Positions 11,601-20,479 of a stretch of DNA of 64,000 bases are shown one piece after another. Numbering within the stretch: the first letter of the stretch is position 1; each line of letters opens with the position of its first letter. This stretch comes from a virus (Duplodnaviria; Heunggongvirae; Uroviricota; Caudoviricetes). The DNA is taken from IMG/VR virus record IMGVR_UViG_3300042154_003418, positions 40,218-104,217 of that record, one strand, 5' to 3'. The position numbers and the translations under genes are program-made. Below the pieces are notes generated by a model. It did no database searches. It saw only the letters and a program-made list of their open reading frames with translations, and was not told the origin of the DNA.

Positions 11601-11838
11601 AGAAGAAATCGGACTAATTGCACAGCAAGTGCAAGCCACCCTACCTGATGCAGTTGTAGTTAATAAGGCTGGGGCAAAAGTTGGTGACAGTGATTTCGAC
11701 TATTTAACTATCAATTATGATCGTATTACTCCGCTGCTGGTAGAGGGTGTTAATATACACACGCAAGAAATATCAGAGCTAAGATCACAGGTCAGCGAAC
11801 TTAAAAATCTAGTGCAACAACTCATGAAAGCACAGTAA
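8680..11838 (+). CDS. tail-fibre/spike protein with C-terminal S74 intramolecular-chaperone domain
   Basis: 1052 aa. N-terminal fibre motif (ADLAYGELALNYADSKLFFKK). C-terminus AYWSDARLKENLREIKHESLDILSTFTAYRFNW...LVEGVNIHTQEISELRSQVSELKNL carries the SDxRxK autoproteolysis motif plus a coiled coil. Confidence 0.75.
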   Translation: MSKIILKKSSVVDKIPLPADLAYGELALNYADSKLFFKKPDNTIGTFSAGSALQNRYSYTATAAQTTFSASYTPPYVDVYLNGLRLSSGVDYTATSGSSIVLTPGASVNDLVEIVAQVVSTTVLVDATKLALAGGTMTGVIGFAAGQTFPGTQTALVSGTSIKTINGTSVLGSGNIEIDVGVTSFNTRTGAVTLSSSDVTTALGFTPVTQTAVDSSISALVDSSPATLNTLNELAAALGDDPNFATTVTSNIASKLSLSGGTLTGASTVSVASWAKWTLETTGTTAKARQGSDANGLNFTSNALWNGSWTEDDSTKKKFAYIQHLGNGRHEFRTAASGAGISWVTGLTVDEAAVNSLVALQQGGNQVLHAGNYNSYALPLSGGSLTGSLTLTANSTSIRQNSTASWSGDAPNGVGKLEYHSNRWYINAGADSTEIANFRRGATSVATISNTGVYSGSIAGNAATATTLQTARTINGTSFNGSVNIDTTEWVHSDRDFPNGTLITTNINYAVSSGDPFVLEIRGNTYGNVVPLDLLYQGYIYADTIINHGGVSNGLNISGLVAINNGGNLCFWFPSQGYWNGYNVKVYTALATRATNRVTSITGVAKPTTAKEVALSANIRQSLHSGNYTSYAPSLTGSGASGTWGISVTGASARISVPDTRAVNDQPQNKTGYAITADFKENSAVNNPPVTSSGLYSHVITVAGWDTAGGSGGWPSQLSIGDGIAVRQATNATTWGAWRNVLHSNNYGNYSTFNQVVVASQAGFQSATYSAGRNRIWSFANADAYGISYFQGGTDTIGFHFGTASLAGSVGRVTATGLASFATLGLNNGFEIQQGGSNYGQFNTWVHLNGSYGFYAATNGAHFYPNNGSYGSWRIDGSRNGWAGIEFGTGTSLMMNDDSYGFHRNTSGQWKFYVSGGNGYFPGNVTAYWSDARLKENLREIKHESLDILSTFTAYRFNWNSKVAEIGDTIPVGKEEIGLIAQQVQATLPDAVVVNKAGAKVGDSDFDYLTINYDRITPLLVEGVNIHTQEISELRSQVSELKNLVQQLMKAQ

Positions 11839-12011
11839 TGAATGAACAATTAAAAACACAAGTACTGGAAGCCAAAGAAGCCTTTAATCAGGCAGTAGCA
11901 GCCGCAAGGGCCGCAGGTGTAGCAGTAAATTTATGGGTTACTGGTACAGGACCCACAGCAATTGAACCAAGCCAGGTCGATCTAGATTTTGGAATTTCTC
12001 AAGGATAATCT

Positions 12012-12398
12012 ATGACAGAACCTACACAAACAATATCTCAACCACAAAATTTTACTGCTGACTTTGCTATCCGTATCACAGGACTACGAACCCAAACCGT
12101 AGCGGGCGTACCCAACGTAGTAAAGCAGGTAGCCTGGACAATCACGGGCACAGAAGCTGGCCAAACATTTGAGCTGCCACAAACTACCACAGTGCCAGAC
12201 CCTGACGCCGCAGACTTTGTTCCACTGGAACAGTTGACCGAACCACAAGTTGTGGCTTGGATTGAAGCACAGGATATTCGACTACCAAGTATCAAGCAGC
12301 ACATTCAGCTTGTGCTAGATCGTCAAGTTGAACAGGCAGTGCTGCAGTCGACACCAATGCCTTGGGCACCCGCCGAGCCTAATCCAACGGAGGTCTAA
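12012..12398 (+). CDS. hypothetical protein
   Basis: 128-aa ORF with an SD-like aaggataatc upstream, coupled to the next gene. Confidence 0.4.
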   Translation: MTEPTQTISQPQNFTADFAIRITGLRTQTVAGVPNVVKQVAWTITGTEAGQTFELPQTTTVPDPDAADFVPLEQLTEPQVVAWIEAQDIRLPSIKQHIQLVLDRQVEQAVLQSTPMPWAPAEPNPTEV

Positions 12399-13775
12399 AT
12401 GCCATTACCAAGTAGCGGGGCGATTTCGCTAAATCAAGTTAACGTAGAACTAGGTAAGTTGGCCACCTCCGTTATTAGTTTAAATGATACAGCAGTACGA
12501 GGTCTAGCAGGTGTGGCAAGTGGCACAATCAGCATGAGTAATTTACTTGGTAAAAGTGCAGGGCTATTTGCTACTATTAGCAGCTTAACGTTTTCGTCTG
12601 GTGGAGGGTTCTATTCACGTGAATACACTGAAGGCGGCATAGCAGTTGACTCTAGTGGAAATATTCATGTTGTTGGCACAACTGGAGCCAACATGTACGT
12701 TGCAAAAATATCTAACACAGGCACAATTTTATGGCAAAAAAGTTGTTCAATCCCTTTTAGATCCTTATATGGAACGTCATGTGATTTAGATTCTTCAGGA
12801 AATTTATACGTGGGTGGTAGAGATGGTAATTCTTCTTGGATATTACTTAAATTTAATTCGTCCGGAACACTACTTTTTAATAAAATAGGAAGCACCGTTT
12901 ACACAGGCGGAGTTGCTGATGTTGCAGTTGTAGGCCCACTGAATTTTGTAATGTGGGCCGGTACCGTGGGTTCAGAATCGTATGGCGGTAATGACGCCCA
13001 GATATATAACTCTCCTTTTGACGGGTCAACATTTTATGGTAATAACGGAGGAGCCGGAGGAATTGAGGCAGAAGAGTCTAGAAAAATTACTTTCAATTCA
13101 GCTACTCCTACAAGAGCACAACATTTATTTTGTGATCCCTATTATAATACAGGAAGTACTTGGAACACCTTAAGTTTCTATGCTAGTGGCAGCCAGACAT
13201 ATCTTAGTCAGGTAATCACAAAACGATATCAGGATGTTTATTTAACAGGAATAGATGGGGATGCAAGTTTTACGTATGTGTGTGGCTTAACACGACCCTC
13301 AGGTAATGCTTTTATAGCCAAACACGGTAGCACCGATAGTAACGGCGGAATAACCTGGCAAAAAGAATTTGCTGGCGCAGGTTTTAAAACACTAGTATTA
13401 AGTGGCGGTCACTTATATGCTGCAGGAGAATCTTCTGGGCGTGGTTTTTTAGTAAAAATGGACTTAAGTGGTAATTTGGTATGGCAAAGATTTGTTGGTA
13501 GTGCTTCGTCATCAAACATAGCAAACATTCGTGTAATTGGCGATAAAATATACGGTGTAGGCATGGCAGCAGGCTTGGGACTAGTATTTATTATGTCAAC
13601 AGATGCTCCACTGGCTACCAAAGGCAGCTATTCAATCAGTGACGGCAATTTGACCCTAAGCAACAGCACACAAGGAATTTCTGCACGTAGATCTGGTGGT
13701 GTTATTATAGGTATGGGTATCACAGATTACAGTACCACAGTGGGTACAGGCTCTTTAAGCACAGTACTGAGTTGA
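12399..13775 (+). CDS. beta-propeller repeat protein, likely tail or adhesin associated
   Basis: Repeated SSGN(I/L)YVVG / GxxxxxKxxxxGxxLW motifs typical of SBBP/PQQ-like propeller blades. Sits within the fibre cluster. Confidence 0.5.
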   Translation: MPLPSSGAISLNQVNVELGKLATSVISLNDTAVRGLAGVASGTISMSNLLGKSAGLFATISSLTFSSGGGFYSREYTEGGIAVDSSGNIHVVGTTGANMYVAKISNTGTILWQKSCSIPFRSLYGTSCDLDSSGNLYVGGRDGNSSWILLKFNSSGTLLFNKIGSTVYTGGVADVAVVGPLNFVMWAGTVGSESYGGNDAQIYNSPFDGSTFYGNNGGAGGIEAEESRKITFNSATPTRAQHLFCDPYYNTGSTWNTLSFYASGSQTYLSQVITKRYQDVYLTGIDGDASFTYVCGLTRPSGNAFIAKHGSTDSNGGITWQKEFAGAGFKTLVLSGGHLYAAGESSGRGFLVKMDLSGNLVWQRFVGSASSSNIANIRVIGDKIYGVGMAAGLGLVFIMSTDAPLATKGSYSISDGNLTLSNSTQGISARRSGGVIIGMGITDYSTTVGTGSLSTVLS

Positions 13776-13836
13776 ATGATACAATGCCTAAAACAACTCA
13801 GCAATTGGCTACACTTTAAAAACTCAAAGGACACTT

Positions 13837-14097
13837 ATGTCAAAATCAAGAATATTAAGCGGCTTAGTGTCCGATGGTGGTGCGCTGGCCGATGGGCAAC
13901 TAAATGCCCAAGATATTGGTGCACAGCCTGCGTTGGTGTCGGGCACCACGATCAAAACAGTAAATGGAGCTTCACTGCTGGGCTCAGGCAATATTACAGT
14001 TGAAGGCGGAGGAGGCGGTGGTGGTGGTGGCAGCGCACTGGATTTTGGTACTTTTACCGCACCACCAAGATTTACGCTTGACATGGGAGCCTTTTAA
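13837..14097 (+). CDS. small Gly-rich fibre-fragment-like protein
   Basis: Contains ALVSGTTIKTVNGASLLGSGNITVEGGGGGGGGGSALDFG, paralogous to a segment of the 8680 protein. Confidence 0.3.
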   Translation: MSKSRILSGLVSDGGALADGQLNAQDIGAQPALVSGTTIKTVNGASLLGSGNITVEGGGGGGGGGSALDFGTFTAPPRFTLDMGAF

Positions 14098-14114
14098 AGG
14101 TTTAGGAGAACACA

Positions 14115-14330
14115 ATGACATTACAAATTAGAAGAGGTCTACAAATAGACCTGCCCTCAGACCCAGCAGAAGGTGAATTGCTGTATACCACCAACACTAA
14201 AAAACTATTTATTGGCATTGGCGGAGCACCCCAAGAACTCTCAGGAGTTAACAGTGCTCCAAACATAGACGGAGGTTTTCCAGACAGTAGCTACGCCGGC
14301 ATATCGCCCATAGACGGAGGTAGTGCTTAA
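14115..14330 (+). CDS. small protein carrying only the conserved fibre N-terminal motif
   Basis: MTLQIRRGLQIDLPSDPAEGELLYTTNTKKLFIGIGG matches the N-termini of the three following genes. Confidence 0.35.
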   Translation: MTLQIRRGLQIDLPSDPAEGELLYTTNTKKLFIGIGGAPQELSGVNSAPNIDGGFPDSSYAGISPIDGGSA

Positions 14331-15253
14331 TGTCCACAGTAATACAATTTAGAAGAGGTTCAATCTCACAGTGGAAGCAAGCTAACCCTGTGTTGCTTAA
14401 CGGCGAACCCGGCATTGAGTTAGACACAGGTAGATTTAAGCTGGGTACAGGTACCTCTAACTGGAAAAACTTACCGTATGCTGGAGATCAGGGCCCCACC
14501 GGCACAGCTTCTACTGTTCCAGAAACCACTGGTGCAATAACTTATGCACCAACAGCCACAGCTCCTGCTGGATGGTTGTCTTGTAACGGAAGTTTCGTAT
14601 CAGCAGCAACATTTCCCGCACTACAGCCAGTGTTGCCTCCCAAACCTGGATTTAGTGGAGGCGTAGGGGCACAATATGGCCCGGGTACCTTGCAAGGTAT
14701 CGTGGTTTCTGCAAGCAGTGTAATCAGCACAGATAGTTGGGCTAGTGTAACAAACGTTGACGATGGTTTATCTGTGGGCACTACTTATCCCCGTAATGGT
14801 TGGCGAAGCCAGTACAACCCGTTTAACAATGATGGGCACTGGTTAAAGTTCGCTTTTCCAATACCAACAGTTATCAATACTTACTGGTTAGCAGATAATT
14901 CAGACGGTGACTGGAGCCCTACCGTTTGGACATTTCAAGGGTCTAATGATAACACCAATTGGACGGTATTGCACACAGTTGATAATGGTACTACAAGAAC
15001 TATAAACAACACAATTTATGGTGGAGCTATAACTACCAGCGGTATGGCTAACTATTCTTTTACCAATACTACCACATACCTGTACTATAGATGGGTTTTT
15101 ACTCAATCTAATTACGGTTATGAAAGTGTTGAATTAACGGAAGCAGCCATGGGCGGTACCGTTATTGGCCCAGATAATACACTGCTAGTTTTGCCTGCTT
15201 TAAGTCCAATTAGTTCCAATAATACAACGTTTTACCCATATATAAAGAGCTAA
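14330..15253 (+). CDS. receptor-binding / tail-fibre paralog 1
   Basis: N-terminus VIQFRRGSISQWKQANPVLLNGEPGIELDTGRFKLGTGTSNWKNLPY (Mtd_N-like fibre N-terminal motif). C-terminus ends ...FYPYIKS. Confidence 0.6.
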   Translation: MSTVIQFRRGSISQWKQANPVLLNGEPGIELDTGRFKLGTGTSNWKNLPYAGDQGPTGTASTVPETTGAITYAPTATAPAGWLSCNGSFVSAATFPALQPVLPPKPGFSGGVGAQYGPGTLQGIVVSASSVISTDSWASVTNVDDGLSVGTTYPRNGWRSQYNPFNNDGHWLKFAFPIPTVINTYWLADNSDGDWSPTVWTFQGSNDNTNWTVLHTVDNGTTRTINNTIYGGAITTSGMANYSFTNTTTYLYYRWVFTQSNYGYESVELTEAAMGGTVIGPDNTLLVLPALSPISSNNTTFYPYIKS

Positions 15254-15256
15254 ATT

Positions 15257-16123
15257 ATGCCAATCAATATACAACTAAGACGAGACACTGCCAGCGGCTG
15301 GACTGCAGAAAATCCTGTGTTAAAATCCAGTGAACTAGCAGCAGAAACAAACACTCGTAGAATAAAAATTGGTGATGGTAGTACTCCATGGAACTTACTA
15401 CCCTACTCAGGCACTATTGGACCTGCAGGACGTAATGGTGCGCCTAATAGTATTGCAGGAACACTGGCATATTTTCCAACAGCCACAGCCCCCGCCGGAT
15501 GGTTACGCACAGATGGTAGCACTATTTCTTCTACAGCATACCCAGAATTGTCCGCTCTACTTGCAAGTAGTAGCAACTTATTAGTAGCTCCTACAAGTAT
15601 AAATACAGAGGGTGCTTATGGGTTTAGCTGGGCACCCGGCCTTACACTATTCGATCCGTATGTGGATAGCGACGTATTTGGAACAGGAGAGTATTTAAGT
15701 AATCAGACTATGTCCGGAGAGCAAATTACCGCATTTAATTTTAGTTTTGCTCAACCTGTTGTACTGTCAGACTTAACAATATTGAACTTAGGTTACGGGA
15801 TTGCACCAACTTATTGGAAGCTAGTGAGCGGCACGGATATAATTGCAGAAACTGCACCAAATAGCTTGTTTTTGGCAGTGGGCGGAGTAACTACGTATAG
15901 CGGCAATGCTTTTATCCCTAACTGGTATAGTTTAAATAATACACTGGCAAGACAAACTTACACATTAATTGTTGCACACACACAAGGTTATCCTGTAGAC
16001 ATTGGTATCACACGAATACTTTTTAAACAAACTGTAACTGCTCCTGTGGGGTCCAAGATACTACCCACACTTCCTACACAGCCCGCTGGCTTAACCAGCC
16101 TATACCCATACATAAAGACTTAA
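15257..16123 (+). CDS. receptor-binding / tail-fibre paralog 2
   Basis: Same N-terminal motif (IQLRRDTASGWTAENPVLKSSELAAETNTRRIKIGDGSTPWNLLPY). Shares GWL..DGS in the middle. C-terminus ...LYPYIKT. Confidence 0.6.
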   Translation: MPINIQLRRDTASGWTAENPVLKSSELAAETNTRRIKIGDGSTPWNLLPYSGTIGPAGRNGAPNSIAGTLAYFPTATAPAGWLRTDGSTISSTAYPELSALLASSSNLLVAPTSINTEGAYGFSWAPGLTLFDPYVDSDVFGTGEYLSNQTMSGEQITAFNFSFAQPVVLSDLTILNLGYGIAPTYWKLVSGTDIIAETAPNSLFLAVGGVTTYSGNAFIPNWYSLNNTLARQTYTLIVAHTQGYPVDIGITRILFKQTVTAPVGSKILPTLPTQPAGLTSLYPYIKT

Positions 16124-16124
16124 A

Positions 16125-17027
16125 ATGGCTACATCTGTATACTTAAAAAGAGGTACGACTACACAGTGGGCAGCTCAAAATCCTGTGCTAGCGTCTGGAG
16201 AAATTGCCTATGATACTACCACACGAAATCTAAAATTAGGCCACCAAGGTTTGCCTTGGTCTGAATTATCTTCAGCATTTGTTGGTATAAAAGGACTTCC
16301 TGGAAGCTCACTGGGCTTAGCTAACAGAGTACAGTGGCTAGTTCAACCAACTGCACCCGATGGTTGGGTGGCATGTAATGGAAACATTTTATCAACAGAA
16401 CAGTATCCTGAGTTACAAAACTTACCTGAATTTCCTGGATTTGCTGGCGGTATTGGAAATTTTTCAATTATGCAAGGTGGTGGAACAAATTATGGATATG
16501 GTCCGGGACAATCTTTTGCTTCCACTGATGTTACTGGATTATTCCCTAATACTATAAACTCAGTGTTCTATCCCGCAGGTAGTGGTTTGCTACTAGATGG
16601 TCCTAGTTATTACTGGCAGGGTGCACAAAATTATGCAACATCTATTTGGGGGTACAAGTTTCACAGACCTGTTGTAATTAACAAGTTTGCAGTATCTTCT
16701 CAAAATTCGTCGTATGATTTTGGTAATATTCAGTTTCAAGGCTCCAATGATGGTCTTGCCTATGCAACTATTTGGAACCGTCCTGAAACTACATTTTTGC
16801 CACAACAAGGTACAGCAACCCCTATTACTGTTACTAATACAACAGCATACTTATATTACAGGTTTATTGTTGGATTTAATACGTTTTATTTTAATGGTAC
16901 CGTAGCTGCGGCAAAAATAGCTTTAGAAGGCGTACCTATTTTAACAGACCCGGAATTACGGCAAGTCCCTAATTTAGTGCCTATTGCTGCTGGTGCCAGC
17001 ACATTTTATCCATACCTCAAACTCTAA
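16125..17027 (+). CDS. receptor-binding / tail-fibre paralog 3
   Basis: Same N-terminal motif (VYLKRGTTTQWAAQNPVLASGEIAYDTTTRNLKLGHQGLPWSEL). C-terminus ...FYPYLKL. Confidence 0.6.
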   Translation: MATSVYLKRGTTTQWAAQNPVLASGEIAYDTTTRNLKLGHQGLPWSELSSAFVGIKGLPGSSLGLANRVQWLVQPTAPDGWVACNGNILSTEQYPELQNLPEFPGFAGGIGNFSIMQGGGTNYGYGPGQSFASTDVTGLFPNTINSVFYPAGSGLLLDGPSYYWQGAQNYATSIWGYKFHRPVVINKFAVSSQNSSYDFGNIQFQGSNDGLAYATIWNRPETTFLPQQGTATPITVTNTTAYLYYRFIVGFNTFYFNGTVAAAKIALEGVPILTDPELRQVPNLVPIAAGASTFYPYLKL

Positions 17028-17036
17028 GGAATTCCT

Positions 17037-17288
17037 ATGCAAATCACAAAACCAGAACAAGCAGAAATACGTAAGGTCCTAGAAATGGGGCAAGCTACTA
17101 CACTATCTCTTGCAGATATGTTAAAGATTGTTAGAAACTATAGATTAAAAGAATCTGACTGGACACAGCTACCTGACGTAAACTTACCTAACTTACAAGA
17201 GTGGGTTACTTATCGACAAGCACTGCGTGATATAACCAAGCAGTCAACTTTTCCACAAACAGTGGTGTGGCCCGTGCAACCACAATAA
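17037..17288 (+). CDS. hypothetical protein
   Basis: 83-aa ORF, SD aagga upstream. No transmembrane segment, so not an obvious holin. Confidence 0.35.
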   Translation: MQITKPEQAEIRKVLEMGQATTLSLADMLKIVRNYRLKESDWTQLPDVNLPNLQEWVTYRQALRDITKQSTFPQTVVWPVQPQ

Positions 17289-17299
17289 TTTAAAAACAC

Positions 17300-17719
17300 A
17301 TGTTTTGGATACTAGAAATTTTTCCAAATTGGATCTGGTGGGTGTTATTAACAGCTGGTTTATTCAGCTATTTTTTATCACACTTAATTCCACTAAAAAC
17401 TTACCAATTGCCAATTAAAATTGCAGGCGGTACGACGGTAGCTGTAGTAATTTTTATACTAGGACTCTTATACGCCAATGGCGTATGGCAGCAGGCGGCT
17501 CAAGAATTACAAGCCAAAGTTGCCATAGCCGAAGCAAAGTCGCAGGTGGTAAATGAAGTTATAAAAGAACGCGTAGTTACCAAAACTCAAGTTGTCAAGC
17601 AACGAGGCGAAGCCACTGTGGAATACATCACACGCGAAGTCGTCAAACACAACGCCGGTTGCACAATACCACCAGAATTTATTAATGCACACAATCGTGC
17701 AGCAGAAACACCGCCATGA
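17300..17719 (+). CDS. i-spanin-like membrane protein
   Basis: Two N-terminal hydrophobic segments, then a coiled coil (QAAQELQAKVAIAEAKSQ). Directly upstream of a lipoprotein gene and the endolysin. Confidence 0.45.
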   Translation: MFWILEIFPNWIWWVLLTAGLFSYFLSHLIPLKTYQLPIKIAGGTTVAVVIFILGLLYANGVWQQAAQELQAKVAIAEAKSQVVNEVIKERVVTKTQVVKQRGEATVEYITREVVKHNAGCTIPPEFINAHNRAAETPP

Positions 17720-17982
17720 AATTAGGTTTACTACTAACTACCATATTACTAGCAGGGTGTACAACTGTGGTGCCTGTTACACAATCATGGCCAGAACCAC
17801 CAGGTGTGTTAGCACAACAACCTTGCCCGCTGCTGGAAAAATTACAGCCTGATGCCAAGCTGTCTGATGTTGCCAACACTGTGGTAAAAAATTACACAGA
17901 GTACTATACGTGTGCTATTAAACTAGAAGCTTGGCAGCGTTGGTACACCGAGCAGCAAGTTATACACAAAGGATTGAAATGA
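17716..17982 (+). CDS. o-spanin-like outer-membrane lipoprotein
   Basis: Signal plus lipobox LLAGC in MKLGLLLTTILLAGCTT. ATGA overlap with the upstream gene. Pro-rich. Confidence 0.5.
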   Translation: MKLGLLLTTILLAGCTTVVPVTQSWPEPPGVLAQQPCPLLEKLQPDAKLSDVANTVVKNYTEYYTCAIKLEAWQRWYTEQQVIHKGLK

Positions 17983-18605
17983 CTGAACTAACGCTACAGC
18001 AACTGCAGCAACTTATTCCACGTAATCCGTATGTCAAACAATGGCACGGTGCCCTTGCACAGCTACTACCAGACTACGAGATCAATACGCCACAACGTAT
18101 TGCTGCTTTTGTTGCACAGTGTGCACACGAGTCCGGGAACTTTACCGCACTGCGCGAAAATTTAAACTATCGTTGGCAAACACTGCGTAAGATTTTCCCC
18201 AAGTATTTTCCCACAGATGAACTAGCACAGCAGTATGCCGCAATGCCCAACAAGCAGCAGGCAATTGCTAACCTGGTATATGCAAACCGCATGGGCAATG
18301 GACCACCAGAATCTGGTGACGGATATCGCTTTGCAGGCAAGGGCTTAATTCAGCTAACCGGCAAAGACAACTACACTTGGTTTGCAGCATCGCTGGAAAT
18401 TAGTGTAGAGGAAGCGGCCGAGTACTTGGAAACATTTGAAGGTGCTGCGCAAAGTGCTTGCTGGTTTTGGGAAACAAACAAACTCAATCAGTGGGCCGAC
18501 AAAGGCGATATCCTTACACTAACCAAGCGTATCAACGGCGGCACTATTGGCCTAGACGACCGCATCAAACACTATAACCATGCACTACATGTGCTAGGAG
18601 CCTAA
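17979..18605 (+). CDS. endolysin, glycoside hydrolase family 19 (chitinase-like lysozyme)
   Basis: ATG at 17979 is coupled to the o-spanin stop, while the ORF track's first Met is at 17931. Motifs CAHESGNFTALRENLNY and GKGLIQLTGKDNY match GH19 catalytic signatures. Confidence 0.7.
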   Translation: MTELTLQQLQQLIPRNPYVKQWHGALAQLLPDYEINTPQRIAAFVAQCAHESGNFTALRENLNYRWQTLRKIFPKYFPTDELAQQYAAMPNKQQAIANLVYANRMGNGPPESGDGYRFAGKGLIQLTGKDNYTWFAASLEISVEEAAEYLETFEGAAQSACWFWETNKLNQWADKGDILTLTKRINGGTIGLDDRIKHYNHALHVLGA

Positions 18606-18606
18606 G

Positions 18607-19179
18607 TTGCAGCTTTCTAAATATTTGTTACCACTTGTGCTCGCATTACAAGTTGGTTTAACTAATGCACAGCAGTTGGTAACACAACCAACTACTGAAA
18701 CCAATAATCAACTAGTTACTAATAGTTTAGTAACTACTAAATCTGATGCTACCACAACAGTTAAGTCACCACCAGCGTCGGCAATATCACCTACAATAAA
18801 TACCTCTAACACGGACTTGTGTACAGTGGGCGTTGCTGGTGCTGTACAAACTCAGATCCTGGGTATTAGTGCTGGCAGTACTGTTCGTGACATGAACTGT
18901 GAACGACTAAAGCTATCCAAAACACTATACGACATGGGTATGAAAGTAGCTGCTGTTAGCGCACTGTGTCAAGATCGACGTGTGTTTGATGCCATGATGC
19001 AAGCCGGCACACCTTGTCCATATGACGGAACAATCGGTGCCGAGGCTAAGGCGGCTTGGAAAGCCAATGAGTCGGAACAACCTGATCGTACCAAAAAATC
19101 CAAGGAACTAAGCAGTGAAACTAAAACACTTTTTGGCGGCGGTGCTATTCTTAGTTTGCTGCTCTTACTCTTACTCTGA
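18607..19179 (+). CDS. secreted Thr-rich protein with hydrophobic C-terminal tail
   Basis: TTG start. Signal-like MQLSKYLLPLVLALQVGLTNAQQ. Ends GGGAILSLLLLLLL. Overlaps the next ORF by 65 nt in another frame. Confidence 0.4.
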   Translation: MQLSKYLLPLVLALQVGLTNAQQLVTQPTTETNNQLVTNSLVTTKSDATTTVKSPPASAISPTINTSNTDLCTVGVAGAVQTQILGISAGSTVRDMNCERLKLSKTLYDMGMKVAAVSALCQDRRVFDAMMQAGTPCPYDGTIGAEAKAAWKANESEQPDRTKKSKELSSETKTLFGGGAILSLLLLLLL

Positions 19180-19966
19180 AGTAGTACGAGGCCAAACCCC
19201 AAATGCTGCAGCCAGTGGGCTGGCCTGGACCATGAACAACATACTTCCAAAGTACACAGGCCTGTCCGTTAATGCAGTTAACTATCAGTATACTGCACAA
19301 AAACAAACCCAAGACAGTTTTGTGGTAGGTGTGCAAAACTTGTCTGCAACCGGCACTGGCTATGTTTTCAGAAGTCAAGATGATTGGACAGGCTTGCCAG
19401 GCAATACTATAACAAAAACTGTGCCGGTAGCTAACATACCTGGAAAACAGTGGGGTCCTGGTGAGATTGCCACCAGTGGAACAGGCAGGGTTGTTGACTA
19501 CAGCGTATTCTACAGCTATACTTACGATACTTGCAGTGCTCAAGTTGTCACAGACCCAGCTTGTCCCAACTACAAGTCACCTAGCACATTTGGCTACAGT
19601 GAAGACGAGTTTGTTGTGCAAGGCTACCAAACCAAACAGTATGTACCAGATCCACAACAACAAGAAAACTCAGAAAAGTTTATGTTGGCCAATGCCAACA
19701 CAGGCTTAACTGCAAAATCAACCAACACAGCTCGTAATGCGCTGTTAACAGCACAAGCTACAGGATTGGCTCAGTCCTTGTTAGCTTTAAATAACATACC
19801 AGGTATTAGGGCGTATAGCCAGCAAATACCTGGAGGCGTGTACAAAGACGTACTCGAGTACGCAGATAAAAAGTTACCAGATAGCAGTAATAGTCGTAGA
19901 CTTAACCTGAGCCAACAACGTCTGCACAATCAACTAGTTGATTTGCAGTATATGATTAAAAAGTAA
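19115..19966 (+). CDS. secreted protein
   Basis: GTG start within the upstream ORF. N-terminus MKLKHFLAAVLFLVCCSYS is hydrophobic. 283 aa. Confidence 0.4.
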   Translation: MKLKHFLAAVLFLVCCSYSYSEVVRGQTPNAAASGLAWTMNNILPKYTGLSVNAVNYQYTAQKQTQDSFVVGVQNLSATGTGYVFRSQDDWTGLPGNTITKTVPVANIPGKQWGPGEIATSGTGRVVDYSVFYSYTYDTCSAQVVTDPACPNYKSPSTFGYSEDEFVVQGYQTKQYVPDPQQQENSEKFMLANANTGLTAKSTNTARNALLTAQATGLAQSLLALNNIPGIRAYSQQIPGGVYKDVLEYADKKLPDSSNSRRLNLSQQRLHNQLVDLQYMIKK

Positions 19967-19975
19967 GGAATTAAC

Positions 19976-20476
19976 ATGATTAAAAAACTTATCCTGGCAG
20001 CTGCACTAACACTGGGTTTTACTGCTGGTGCAACTGAAGTACCTATTCGTGGAGTGGTTACCTCAAAATGTATTATTAACGTAGATACTCCAGGTATTTA
20101 CGGTAACCCAACACCAGAAGTACTTAGTACATTTGCCGCTGACGGCGGCCGACCTGCTGTTGTACGTTATGACGTAATTCAAGCAGGCTACTACAAAGCA
20201 GTTATTACTACACCAGATAACTTTACTACTTCTCCTACGTTAGCAGACTCAGTAACCTGGTCTAGCAATGTTGATGTAAGTAAAGTTACAAATGCTGCTA
20301 TGTCTGCTTATACAACATCCAAACGTGTGTACAACGGTAACATGACTGAGATTAACTTAACAGTACAAGGCACTGTTTGGTTTTCTGCTACTTCAAAAGC
20401 TGAATATGGTTTTGGCAAATCATTTCCAATGGGCGAATACAAATCAGTTGTGTTAGCACAATGTATTGCACTATAA
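19976..20476 (+). CDS. secreted pilin-like protein (SCPU/Csu-type subunit-like fold guess)
   Basis: Signal peptide MIKKLILAAALTLGFTAGATE. About 145-aa mature beta-rich protein with Cys near the N- and C-termini (CIINV...AQCIAL). SD aaggaattaac upstream. Confidence 0.4.
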   Translation: MIKKLILAAALTLGFTAGATEVPIRGVVTSKCIINVDTPGIYGNPTPEVLSTFAADGGRPAVVRYDVIQAGYYKAVITTPDNFTTSPTLADSVTWSSNVDVSKVTNAAMSAYTTSKRVYNGNMTEINLTVQGTVWFSATSKAEYGFGKSFPMGEYKSVVLAQCIAL

Positions 20477-20479
20477 CCT

